This document shows, one piece after another, positions 51,018-60,736 of a DNA stretch of 64,000 nucleotides. The stretch covers positions 7,648,001 to 7,712,000 of the forward strand of contig OZ244999.1 of NCBI GenBank assembly GCA_965223265.1, read 5' to 3'. The position numbers and the translations under genes were made by a program. The stretch's first letter is position 1; every line of letters starts with the position of its first letter. The notes beneath the pieces were generated by a model, which had not been told where the DNA came from, searched no databases, and saw only the letters and a list, made by a program, of their open reading frames with translations. The stretch is from Planctomycetota bacterium (GTDB lineage: Bacteria; Planctomycetota; UBA8108; SXIK01).

Positions 51018-51740
51018 CTATTTCTTCTCTCTCTCGGGCTTCGGCACTTCGCGGTAGAAAACGAAGAAACGAAGCACAAAAGCGAAGTAGATCACAGAAA
51101 CGGCCAGCCAAGAAACACCCACGACGTTGGGCGGCACACCCGTGATCTGAGCGAATACTTGAGCATCGTTCTCAAGATTGCCAGCGCTGCTCTCAAGAAG
51201 TACGTCGCCGTAGATATCAAAAATCGAGTACAAGCAACTGATGGTTCCGAGCACCTGCAAGACAAGCGAAGAGAGAAAAGGCGGGGCGAGAAGACCCAGA
51301 AAAATAAACGTCGCTGCCAGTCCCGTCGCGAACGTACGCGAAAACGGATCGCGTAGGACCGTGAAGATGGCGGCCGCGAGCGTCAGAGTCAAAACAGTGT
51401 AGACAATCGGCGCCGACTCTTTGAACTTGGAGAAGTAGAGGAGGAAACCTCCGAAAAGCATACTGCCGAGGTATCCTGCGCTGACGATCAGCGCCACGAT
51501 GCCGCCTTCGGTCTCACACAGGCCGCCCTCGCTTTGGGTGATGGCGATACTGACGACCTGGCCCCCCGTCAGGAGCGCCATGAGGCCATGACTCATCTCG
51601 TGCAGGAGCACGACCATGATCTTCACGGGCTGAATGATCGGCGATGTCCACATCGCAAACACCGCACAGATCACAAAGCACTGGAAGACCAGGCGAGTGA
51701 CGGAGACACCGGTTGTGTATTCGGCCGAAGGAGTCGACAT
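51018..51740 (-). CDS. M50B-family membrane metallopeptidase
   Basis: VLLHEMSHGLMALLTGG, SAGYLGS, NDA and several transmembrane helices. Confidence 0.9.
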   Translation of the reverse strand: MSTPSAEYTTGVSVTRLVFQCFVICAVFAMWTSPIIQPVKIMVVLLHEMSHGLMALLTGGQVVSIAITQSEGGLCETEGGIVALIVSAGYLGSMLFGGFLLYFSKFKESAPIVYTVLTLTLAAAIFTVLRDPFSRTFATGLAATFIFLGLLAPPFLSSLVLQVLGTISCLYSIFDIYGDVLLESSAGNLENDAQVFAQITGVPPNVVGVSWLAVSVIYFAFVLRFFVFYREVPKPEREKK

Positions 51741-52106
51741 ATTCTTCGCTAGTTATGAAGTCTTTGGCTGTCCCGCTGAGCAAGAATACAACGATCTGAG
51801 GCGGTCGTCCGCTGACGATCCCGTCTACATATCGGAACTACGAGGCAGCCCAGAGAGATCTGGAGAGAGGAGGTATGAGGCCGGCATGCGCTGCGCAGCC
51901 AACCGAAGTGTTTCGTTGGTGGAGAAGGTAGGGATTCCCGCCAGGTGAATGTTCGACGCACCGACGGAACGAGGAATTCACAAGCTGCTAGCAGGACTCG
52001 GAAGCGATCGATCGGCGCACGTGGGTGGTCCGATAAAATGGTCCGTTCGCCCTTGAATTCGACCGGTCACGGGTCAATACTTCCCCCTCGCCTGAGACAG
52101 ACGCGA

Positions 52107-54164
52107 ATGATTCACAACCCCGTCGACTCCCAACGAGAAGCCGCGATTGAGCGCTACCGCGTGCGCGACTGGGGCAAGGGCTACTTCTCAGTCAATCGCC
52201 ACGGCTGCGTGTCGGTCCGGCCATACAAGGTTGCCAACCAAGCCGTCGACCTCAAGGCGCTGGTCGACCAGCTCAAGGAGCGGGGGCTGGAGCTACCGCT
52301 TCTGATCCGATTCACGGACGTATTACGTCACAGAGTTGCCGACCTCACGAGCGCCTTCGCGGTCGCCATGCGAGAGAGTTGCTATCAGGGCGACTACTAC
52401 AGCATCTACCCGATCAAGGTGAATCAGCAGCGCCAAGTGGTGGAGGACCTTGTCGAGTGCGCCAAACAGTTTCCGCTCGGGCTGGAGTGCGGCTCAAAGC
52501 CTGAACTGCTGGCCGCGTTGGCGCTGACCTCTCTGGACGACAACCTCGTCATCTGCAATGGATTCAAGGATGACGATTTCCTCGAGATGGTGATGTTCGC
52601 ACAGAAGATCGGCAAGACCGTGATCCCTGTCGTCGAACAGTTCGGCGAGCTCGAGCTCATCCTCCACTACGCCCGCGAAGTCGGCATTCGACCGGTCTTC
52701 GGCGTTCGTGCGAAGTTGTCAAGTCCGGGAGCTGGTCGCTGGGAGCAGTCGAGCGGACCGCAATCGAAGTTTGGTCTGACCGCGACCGAGCTTGTGCGTG
52801 TCGTTGCGCGGCTGCAAGAAGAGGGTCTTTGTGACTGTCTTACGCTGCTGCACTTTCACATGGGGAGTCAGATCACCAACATTCTCAACATCAAGGCCGC
52901 CATCACTGAAGCGGCACGCATCTACGTGGAGCTCAAGCGCGCCGGGATCGGTCTGGGCCAGCTCGACGTCGGCGGTGGACTCGGTGTCGATTACGATGGG
53001 TCTCGCGGCAAGTTCGAGTCGTCGATCAACTACTCCCTCGAGGAATACGCAAACGATGTCGTCTCGCACATTAAGACAGTGTGCGACGAAGCTGGGGTCG
53101 AGCATCCCACGATCATCACCGAGGCCGGAAGAGCGCTCGCCGCTTACCACAGCGTCCTCGTCGTCAACGTCCTCGGTACATCCACGGACGATAGCGAGAG
53201 CGAGAACCAGGGCGCAGATCCAGACGGATCAGTACCTGCAAACGTCGCCCAGCCGATCAAGGACCTGCGCGCGCTCCTCCGCGGACTCACGACCGACAAC
53301 ATCCTCGAGTCGTACCACGGCGCAGTGCACCACTACAACGACAGCGTCAGTGCCTTCAACCTCGGGTACCTGAGCCTTGAGGAGCGCAGCATGGCCGAGC
53401 GGCTCTACTTGAAGCTCTCACGTAGAATCCTCGAGCTAGCGCGACGGCTCGATCCGGTGCCAGACGTCCTCAAGAGTCTCGAAGACGACCTCTGCTCGAC
53501 CTATTTTTGCAACTTCTCAGTCTTTCAGTCGTTGCCGGACAGTTGGGCGATTGAGCAACTCTTTCCGATCATGCCCATCCACCGCCTGCTCGAAACGCCG
53601 ACGCGACGTGGCGTGCTCGCTGACATCACATGCGATTCCGACGGCAAAGTAGATCGCTTTGTTGGTGGCGATGAAGTGGGGCAAACCCTCGCTCTCCACG
53701 AACCCAACGGTGACGACTACTACTTGGGGATCTTCTTGGTTGGTGCGTACCAAGAGATCCTTGGAGACCTCCACAACCTCTTCGGCGACACAAACTCGGT
53801 ACACGTGCGTCTCGATGAATCGCCTCGGTTTGGTGCAGACGGAGAAGCGGATCCGACGGACGTGAACATTGATATGGTCTTAAACGGCGACACCATGGCG
53901 CAGGTACTGACATACGTGCAGTACTCGCCGAGGGAACTGGTGAGTAGAATTCGCCAAGCGGTGGAGTCGGCCTTACGCGCCCGAAAAATCAGTCTGTCCG
54001 AAGCGGCGCGCTTCGTTCGCTTCCTGGAGCAAAGTCTCAATTCCTCCACCTACATCGCGTCGCGCGAGACTCCGGGCGGCCCGAAAACGCCCGCGATCAG
54101 CGACACGAGCGTTGAGCTCACGAGCGAGGCGGCTGCAGCCGATCAACTGCACCTCGAGACATAG
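52107..54164 (+). CDS. speA: Biosynthetic arginine decarboxylase
   Basis: YPIKVNQ (PLP lysine), GLECGSKPEL, CNGFKD, HFHMGSQI, DVGGGLGVDYDG, DITCDSDG and GAYQEILGDLHNLFG. Confidence 0.97.
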   Translation: MIHNPVDSQREAAIERYRVRDWGKGYFSVNRHGCVSVRPYKVANQAVDLKALVDQLKERGLELPLLIRFTDVLRHRVADLTSAFAVAMRESCYQGDYYSIYPIKVNQQRQVVEDLVECAKQFPLGLECGSKPELLAALALTSLDDNLVICNGFKDDDFLEMVMFAQKIGKTVIPVVEQFGELELILHYAREVGIRPVFGVRAKLSSPGAGRWEQSSGPQSKFGLTATELVRVVARLQEEGLCDCLTLLHFHMGSQITNILNIKAAITEAARIYVELKRAGIGLGQLDVGGGLGVDYDGSRGKFESSINYSLEEYANDVVSHIKTVCDEAGVEHPTIITEAGRALAAYHSVLVVNVLGTSTDDSESENQGADPDGSVPANVAQPIKDLRALLRGLTTDNILESYHGAVHHYNDSVSAFNLGYLSLEERSMAERLYLKLSRRILELARRLDPVPDVLKSLEDDLCSTYFCNFSVFQSLPDSWAIEQLFPIMPIHRLLETPTRRGVLADITCDSDGKVDRFVGGDEVGQTLALHEPNGDDYYLGIFLVGAYQEILGDLHNLFGDTNSVHVRLDESPRFGADGEADPTDVNIDMVLNGDTMAQVLTYVQYSPRELVSRIRQAVESALRARKISLSEAARFVRFLEQSLNSSTYIASRETPGGPKTPAISDTSVELTSEAAAADQLHLET

Positions 54165-54202
54165 CCCGCCGACTTGGCGATCTTCACGCGCGGCGCCGCA
54201 TG

Positions 54203-54895
54203 TCACGCCGGATCGCAGCGCGGGGCGCCGCGCTGAAGCGGATGCGAACGGCAGTCACAACGACGAGCGCCGGACCCACAGAACGGCATGATCCAACTCG
54301 CCGTCAAGGTGAGCGGCAACCCAACGACGTTGTAAAAGCAGCCGTCGAACCCCTCGACGAGTTGCTCACCTTCCCCTTGAATACCGTAAGCGCCGGCCTT
54401 GCCAAGTGGCTCGCCGCCAGTGACGTAGGCCGAGATTTCAGCGTCGCGAAGCCGGCGGAAGGCAACGTGTGTAGCTTCAACCGCGCGCTGTGTGACGTCG
54501 CCACGGCAGAGCGCTACGCCTGTGTAGACCGTGTGACATCTGCCGCTCAGCTCCGTGAGCATGCGCGTCGCGTCGGCCACATCGACAGGCTTACCAAACA
54601 TCTCATCGCCGAGCGCCACGACTGTGTCGGCTCCAAGCACCCAAACGCCTTCGGCGTCCGCCGCACTCTCTGTCACCAAACGATCGCGCACAGCCGTCGC
54701 CTTGGCGCGCGCCAATTCGACGGCGACATCACGAGGCGCCCCGGCGCATTGGGACTCGTCCACATCGCTGACGACGCACGCGAACTCGCAATCCAGCCGT
54801 CGCAGCAACTGCGCGCGGCGTGGAGAGCCCGAAGCGAGCACGAGCTGCGCACGCGGTGCCTCTCGCGACGGTGATTGAGCTGAGCCGATCTTCAT
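54203..54895 (-). CDS. maf: Maf-family nucleoside triphosphate pyrophosphatase
   Basis: LVLASGSPRR, GADTVV, GKP, KAGAYGIQG and NVVGLP. Confidence 0.95.
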   Translation of the reverse strand: MKIGSAQSPSREAPRAQLVLASGSPRRAQLLRRLDCEFACVVSDVDESQCAGAPRDVAVELARAKATAVRDRLVTESAADAEGVWVLGADTVVALGDEMFGKPVDVADATRMLTELSGRCHTVYTGVALCRGDVTQRAVEATHVAFRRLRDAEISAYVTGGEPLGKAGAYGIQGEGEQLVEGFDGCFYNVVGLPLTLTASWIMPFCGSGARRCDCRSHPLQRGAPRCDPA

Positions 54896-55291
54896 TGCAT
54901 GCGATCCAATGAGCGGAAGTTGGGAAGCGCGGCGTCGGTCCCAGTCCGGCGCCTACCCGGGGGCGCGCAAAAAGCATCATACACCTACTGAACAAACGGT
55001 CCCACAGGAGGACGCGTACACACGCTTCGAATCAGCCGATAAGCAGCGCGGACTCGGCGTCGTAACTTCGCGCCCGATAGAGTCCTCGACGCGACCGACG
55101 AGAATCGCAACGCAGCCGCAAAACGGCTCCCCATCAAAGCCTTGAAGATAGCGTCTTGTTCAGTTCACGATCACCCGTTACCATCGGGTCTCTGGGTCGC
55201 AAGATTGAACCGATGAACCATGTGCCACGCGGCGGACATCCGATCGCCCGCCTCGCGTGGGCCGGCGTGTCCACCTGACTGTGTCACGGCG

Positions 55292-58200
55292 ATGAAGCTT
55301 CCCCTCTGGTGCCGTCGCGCCCCTACGCGGCTGCTCCCTGCGCAAATCTCACAACGCCCCTTAGCCCTCCTGGTGCTACTTGCACTCTGCGGCGCGGTGT
55401 GGATTCCCACAGCGAGGCTAGCGCAAGCACAAGATATAGTGCAGCCCATCGGACCCGAACAGGACGTCGACTCGGATGAGGACGGCCTCCCCGACGTCGA
55501 CGAACGCGAGCTCGGCACAAGCCCGCGCTCACCCGATACTGACGGCGATGGCCTTCTCGACGGCTGGGAAGTGCAAGGGTACCGCAACGGTCGACTGTTT
55601 GAACCACTTCATATGTACGGCGCCGATCCTCTCCGCAAAGACATCTTCGTCGAAATCGACTGGATGCTGACTGCTGACGGGTCGTCCACGGAGAACGCTC
55701 GCCTCGCCTACCAAGCCGCTGTCGACATCACCCGGGTGTTCGAAGATTCCGGCACAGGGATTCGGATTCACTTCGACCTTGGAGCCGACATCGAGTCGCT
55801 ACTTGCGCCCGAAGAGATTGATGACGCGTTCGACACGGACGCTTTCGCAGCGACGCTTGACACGGCAAAGTTGATACCATTTCGCGAGTCATTTCCGAGT
55901 CGACCGGGTTGCGCCCAGGCTGAAGGCCAGCTATCGCTCTACAACCTATACACCCACTCTCAGTACTTCCGCAGCGCGCGACGCAACCTGTTCTACTACG
56001 TGATCATCGCCGAGCAGGAGAGGCCAACACAAGCGGAACCGTCTTTGGGCGACGCGTCGTTCAACGCATTCGTCGATGATTTTAGCGACGAGTCGGCCCG
56101 CTTCGCCGGCCTCCGACCTACCGGCGTTCATGCGATCTTGGTTTACCGCCGACCGCTGCACTCGGTCGATGCAGAAACCCAGAGGTTCCGTTTCTCTTCC
56201 GCTCTGCTGCATGAACTCGGACATGCCTTCGGGCTCGGGCACGGCGGCGTTCTCGCCAACGGACGCTGGGACAACTCTAACGATCGCGCCAACTACGTCA
56301 GCGTCATGAACTACCGTTATCTGTTCTGGGGTACCGAGCTGCGCGACGGCAAACCGCGCATCGATTTCTCGCATGGTGTTTTCACCCGCTCTTTGGTCGA
56401 ACACTCGCTTCTCGAATCGGTGGGAATGGGAGCTTTCGCGAACGACCACATTTTGGCTAACCTGCGGGTGTCGAGGCTGCCCGATTCGCCCTTCGTGTCA
56501 AACATCGACTGGGATCGCGACGGCGTACTGTCGGGCGAACCCGTACGGTTTGATCTCAACGCAAATCAAATCATCGACGACTCGCCGTCCTCCGACCACG
56601 ATGATTGGCGCCACTTGGAACGTTCCGGATTCAACGGCATCGGCAGGCGCGCGTTCCGCGGCTGCGGCCTTTCATGTGCTCGTGGCGAAACCGTGGTTCG
56701 TCTCTTCGGGGACTACGACGGCGACGGAGTCACCGACGTTGCGTTTGCGCGTGGCGACGAAATCTTGACGACGCTCAACAGAAGCGACGAGCGCTTCTCG
56801 ATGCCGGAAGGAGGCCTGACGTCGATCAGCGTAGATTCATGGGAGCTCTCCTCCGGAGACGGTTTTCTCGTCGGCAATTTCCGCGGCGAAGGGCGCGACG
56901 CCCTTTTCATCCACCGCGGCTTCGAGGCCAGTCTCATGAGGTGGAGTGGAAGTGGGCTCGAGCTGGCGTGGCACTTCGACGGTACGATCCCAACGGTCTC
57001 GCCCGAAACCTCGTCTTGGGAGCTGACTCCGCACGATACGTTCGTCCGCCTCCGTTCGGACGACATAACGATCCCCGACCTTCTAGCGGTGAGCAACGGC
57101 GAAGAGGTCGCCCTGGTCGGCACCGTCGCGGGCGATCCGCCGGACGGGGTGAGCGCCATCCCGGAGTTGGTCGTCAGGTGGCGTGCGGAACTCCGTCCGG
57201 ACGCGCCAATCGCTGCGGAAACGGCGCCGCTGGTCATGAGGCCGGGACGATCATTGAGAACAGGAAAGAAAACCGTTTTCGCGCACAACAGCCGCACGTT
57301 CGTCGAGATCTTCACCGACGAGGAAGCACCGGCGGTCGTTCAGTTGTCCATCGATGAGGGAAAGATTCCAGGAAGCCCCCGATTTCCAGACGGCTGGGAG
57401 CTCGACCCCGACGATTGTGTGCGCACCGCAGACGTCGATGGAGATGGGGACGACGAACTCATACTGTCGCGAAGTCGCCAGATCGGGTTGGTCGACTGGG
57501 TGGCGATCGGTGGGGACGAAGGCGCCACGGAGACGCAAGCACAACTCGTCTGGCTCGCACGCAGCCAAATCGGATTCTGGAATCTCGCCCAAACCACTTC
57601 AATGCACACTGGTCGCCTGATTTCAGCGGATCGAGACGCACTTCTTCTCTCCTCTGGCTCAGCTTGGATGGCGCTCGAGTGGAACTCGAGTCGCCAAGAG
57701 TTCGACGAGGCCAGCTTCGATCGCCAAGTCCTCTTCGGCGCCACGCGCAACTTGCCTCTGGTAAGCCGCCAGCAGCTCTTTGTCGGCTCGTTTCTTCCCG
57801 AGCGCAACGATGTTGTGCTGGCGCGCGACGATGACTCGATCGCCATCGCAGAGTTCACCGAGGACGGCTTCGAGCCGGTCATCTTCATCGACCGAGAATC
57901 GACCCCGTGGACGCTCAGCAGCGACGACGTTCTTCTGCCAGCAAATCTCGATGGCGACCCCGAGACCGAACTTTTTCTGCGCAAGTCCGATCTTCTCTGC
58001 GTGCTCGACTTCTCCCCGGGCACGGAAACGCCACAGATACTTCGATTGCGGGAGAACAATTTCCGCCTCGTCCCTGCCACCATGTTCAAGCGGGGCGATG
58101 CGAATTCAGATTCCGCGGTTGACATAGCCGACGCCGTGAACATTCTGAACTTCCTGTTCATCGGTACCGTCGAAATTGAGTGTCAGGACGCCGCAGACGT

Positions 58201-58348
58201 CGACGACAACGGCGGCCTCGATCTCAGCGATCCGATCAACCTGCTGAATTTTCTCTTCAGCGTGACTTCGTTCGAAGTCCCTCCGCCTGGAGCGCGGACG
58301 CCGGGAATCGATCCGACGGTGGACGGGATCGATTGTCCCCGGTTTTGA
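55292..58348 (+). CDS. Secreted metzincin-type zinc metalloprotease with Ca-binding (TSP3-like) repeats, propeller-like repeats and a dockerin-like tail
   Basis: DSDEDGLPD...DTDGDGLLDGWE, KDIFVEIDWM, HELGHAFGLGH, the Met-turn SVMNY and an FKRGDANSD tail. Confidence 0.85.
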   Translation: MKLPLWCRRAPTRLLPAQISQRPLALLVLLALCGAVWIPTARLAQAQDIVQPIGPEQDVDSDEDGLPDVDERELGTSPRSPDTDGDGLLDGWEVQGYRNGRLFEPLHMYGADPLRKDIFVEIDWMLTADGSSTENARLAYQAAVDITRVFEDSGTGIRIHFDLGADIESLLAPEEIDDAFDTDAFAATLDTAKLIPFRESFPSRPGCAQAEGQLSLYNLYTHSQYFRSARRNLFYYVIIAEQERPTQAEPSLGDASFNAFVDDFSDESARFAGLRPTGVHAILVYRRPLHSVDAETQRFRFSSALLHELGHAFGLGHGGVLANGRWDNSNDRANYVSVMNYRYLFWGTELRDGKPRIDFSHGVFTRSLVEHSLLESVGMGAFANDHILANLRVSRLPDSPFVSNIDWDRDGVLSGEPVRFDLNANQIIDDSPSSDHDDWRHLERSGFNGIGRRAFRGCGLSCARGETVVRLFGDYDGDGVTDVAFARGDEILTTLNRSDERFSMPEGGLTSISVDSWELSSGDGFLVGNFRGEGRDALFIHRGFEASLMRWSGSGLELAWHFDGTIPTVSPETSSWELTPHDTFVRLRSDDITIPDLLAVSNGEEVALVGTVAGDPPDGVSAIPELVVRWRAELRPDAPIAAETAPLVMRPGRSLRTGKKTVFAHNSRTFVEIFTDEEAPAVVQLSIDEGKIPGSPRFPDGWELDPDDCVRTADVDGDGDDELILSRSRQIGLVDWVAIGGDEGATETQAQLVWLARSQIGFWNLAQTTSMHTGRLISADRDALLLSSGSAWMALEWNSSRQEFDEASFDRQVLFGATRNLPLVSRQQLFVGSFLPERNDVVLARDDDSIAIAEFTEDGFEPVIFIDRESTPWTLSSDDVLLPANLDGDPETELFLRKSDLLCVLDFSPGTETPQILRLRENNFRLVPATMFKRGDANSDSAVDIADAVNILNFLFIGTVEIECQDAADVDDNGGLDLSDPINLLNFLFSVTSFEVPPPGARTPGIDPTVDGIDCPRF

Positions 58349-58418
58349 GCTGTGCTATACATGTGTGAAACGCCGGTCGGGAAAACTGACCGCCCGTTAA
58401 CGACGCGGAGATTTTGAG

Positions 58419-58640
58419 ATGCCTTTGTTTGACTACCGCTGCGAGCAGTGCGACAAGGAATTCGAAGCGCTCGTCTCCGGTGAACGGACGCCAGAGTGCC
58501 CCGCGTGTGGCAGTCGCGATCTGGAAAAACAGCTCGCAGGTTTCGCCGTGGGTGCCAGCAATCGCAGCAGCGCAGCCACGCCTGGATCCTGTTCGACGTG
58601 CGGCGACCCACGCGGACCCGGGGCGTGTCAGATCCCTTGA
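58419..58640 (+). CDS. FmdB-family zinc-ribbon protein
   Basis: MPLFDYRCEQC...FEALV...CPACGS...LEK, plus a C-terminal CSTC...GAC. Confidence 0.9.
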   Translation: MPLFDYRCEQCDKEFEALVSGERTPECPACGSRDLEKQLAGFAVGASNRSSAATPGSCSTCGDPRGPGACQIP

Positions 58641-58650
58641 ATCGCTCGAG

Positions 58651-59667
58651 CTAGTTCCCCGCGAGGTCCACCGCGGCGAACCAGCCTTCGGCGGTCCAGA
58701 CCTGAAACCACTCTTTCAGCGAGCCGATCACTTCGTCCGCGTCGACCTCGTCGTGCGCAATACACTCTTCGAGTGCCTCACCTAAGGGTCTGCCCGCCGC
58801 AAGCGTCGTCAGCAGCGCAAACTGCGGCAGCGTCAAAGGGATTCGCCAAGTGCGAAAATCCTTGCGAAACACTGCGACCCACGACTCCTCGCGCGCAGGG
58901 ATCGGTGTCTCCGCATCCTTCTTAAGCGACTGCATGTAGGCGCTCACCGGATAGCTCAAGCGATGGAGCTGACACGCCTCAATGAAGTGAAAACGAATCC
59001 TGCCCCAATCGTCCATCGGGATCGACAGCAAGTCATCCATCGCCAGCTGTGGGGTCCGAGGCGCATCAAAGACCTCTTGGATGGATCGCTCGACGAGTGC
59101 CACGTCGCAGACGAAGTCCAGATCCGCTTGCCGATTCTCGAACGGCGAAAGGCTGCGCTCTGAATCTTCCACGGCGGTGTCCGCTGACGCGTCGTCAGAG
59201 GCAAGGTCGGATGCGGATTCAGAGGCGGCGACGGGTGCGGTTGTCGCCGCGAGGTACGCACGCAGCGGCTCGGCGTCGCGGCGCAGGTACGCTGGAAACT
59301 CAGCACCTAGCATCGACAGGCTGTAGTGGCGCGACGGATTCTTGCGCAGATAGTCGACCGCTGTGTCGTAGAAGAGCTTCTTACCGATCAGGTCGCGGAC
59401 GATTGAGTAGTCGTCGGCGAGGGTGTCGACAAGGCGCCAGAAGTACGCGTTGGCATAGACGCTGAGGCGCTCGGCGGGCGTGCAAAGATTCGACGGCTCG
59501 ATGATATCGCTGATCTCGCGAGCCTGAGGATCAATCTCGGGCCGTGGGAAGTCCACTGCGGCCGCGTCCGTTCGAAATCCAGCCTCGACACCATCGGGAT
59601 GCGAAATCACCTCGAGCATCCAGCGTTCGAGGCGGGCCAGACCCGGCGACTCTCGCGGCTCAGCCAT
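58651..59667 (-). CDS. DUF2063-family RiPP maturation partner (BufC/HvfC-like)
   Basis: ERLSVYANAYFWRLVDTLADDY...YLRKNPS...LGAEFP. The gene overlaps the DUF692 stop, implying translational coupling. Confidence 0.88.
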   Translation of the reverse strand: MAEPRESPGLARLERWMLEVISHPDGVEAGFRTDAAAVDFPRPEIDPQAREISDIIEPSNLCTPAERLSVYANAYFWRLVDTLADDYSIVRDLIGKKLFYDTAVDYLRKNPSRHYSLSMLGAEFPAYLRRDAEPLRAYLAATTAPVAASESASDLASDDASADTAVEDSERSLSPFENRQADLDFVCDVALVERSIQEVFDAPRTPQLAMDDLLSIPMDDWGRIRFHFIEACQLHRLSYPVSAYMQSLKKDAETPIPAREESWVAVFRKDFRTWRIPLTLPQFALLTTLAAGRPLGEALEECIAHDEVDADEVIGSLKEWFQVWTAEGWFAAVDLAGN

Positions 59668-60523
59668 GGCGGATCGCCCCCGCATCCGAGTCGACGTCCT
59701 GACGATAGGCGCGCGCCTTCAGCACTTCGTCGTGCAGCACTTGGAATTCAGGAATATCGGCGTCCCACTCGAGGAGGGTCGCTCGTCCGCCAGCGCGCCG
59801 ATGCACGTAGCCGTAGAACTCCCACACCTTGTCGATGACGTGATCGTTGTGCGTGTCGATGCAGTGCGTTCCCTTGTCGGTGTGGCCGGCGAGATGGATC
59901 TGCACGACGCGGTCGTAGGGTATCTTCTGTAAGAATTCGTAGGGGTCGAGGTCGTGGTTGCGCGAGGTGACATACACATTGTTGACGTCGAGCAGCAGCG
60001 CGCAGTCGGCGTCTTCGGCGAGGCGGGCGATGAACTCTTCCTCCGGCATCGTCGACGTCGTGAATGTGACGTAGGTCGACGGATTCTCGAGCACAACTGG
60101 TCGCTCGAGGTAGTCCTGAACGACGCGGACGCGCTCGATCATGTGAGCGAGGCTCTCTTCGTTGTACGGCAGCGGATAGAGATCATGGCCGTTGCGACCA
60201 GCGACGCCGGTCCAGCACACGTGATCCCCAAGCCAGACGGCACCGACGCGATCGGCGAGGGTTTTCAGGCGCCGCAGGTACTCAAAATCGATCGGGTCGG
60301 TGCTGCCGATCGAGAGCGACACGCCATGCATGACGATGGGGTAACGCTCGGCCACTTGATCGAGGACGTGGAGCGGCCGGCCGCCCGAGTCCATGAAGTT
60401 CTCCGAGATGATCTCGAACCAGTCGACGTCCGGCTGGTGCTCAAGCACATGGCCAAAGTGCACCGTGCGAAGTCCGACGCCGAGGCCGAGATCAGGGAGA
60501 TTCCACCGATTCGGAATGATCAT
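59660..60523 (-). CDS. DUF692 multinuclear non-heme iron oxidative enzyme (MNIO; MbnB/TglH/BufB family)
   Basis: LGVGLR, WFEIISENF, HGVSLSIG, DHVCW, LENPSTY, LLDVNNVYV, QIHLAGH, IDTH and TLLEWD. Confidence 0.97.
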   Translation of the reverse strand: MIIPNRWNLPDLGLGVGLRTVHFGHVLEHQPDVDWFEIISENFMDSGGRPLHVLDQVAERYPIVMHGVSLSIGSTDPIDFEYLRRLKTLADRVGAVWLGDHVCWTGVAGRNGHDLYPLPYNEESLAHMIERVRVVQDYLERPVVLENPSTYVTFTTSTMPEEEFIARLAEDADCALLLDVNNVYVTSRNHDLDPYEFLQKIPYDRVVQIHLAGHTDKGTHCIDTHNDHVIDKVWEFYGYVHRRAGGRATLLEWDADIPEFQVLHDEVLKARAYRQDVDSDAGAIRHG

Positions 60524-60670
60524 GGGGGTCTCGCAGGTTGGCGACGGAAAAGAGGCGCGACCGAGACGGTGCGTGTCTCGAGGAAAACGGGTCCAGCCCG
60601 GCTTTCTCCAGCGCGCGCCCACGCAACAAGTCGGCGAGAAAACCGGGCCTGGACTCGAGGTCGACCTCGT

Positions 60671-60702
60671 CGCAGCGGCTTCACAGCGCGGAAGCCGCCG
60701 CG
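60671..60702 (-). promoter_or_regulatory. Stem-loop between the RiPP precursor and the MNIO gene
   Basis: cgcagcggcttc-N8-gaagccgccgcg forms a 12-bp stem, with one G-U pair on the coding strand, about 35 nt downstream of the precursor stop. There is no U-tract. Confidence 0.5.
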
Positions 60703-60736
60703 AACGGAGTCTTTGGAAATCGTTCGCAGATCGAGA

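Noticed and set aside
51741-52106. Possible riboswitch or leader upstream of speA
   Set aside because: No recognisable conserved RNA motif; an Rfam/Infernal search would be needed.
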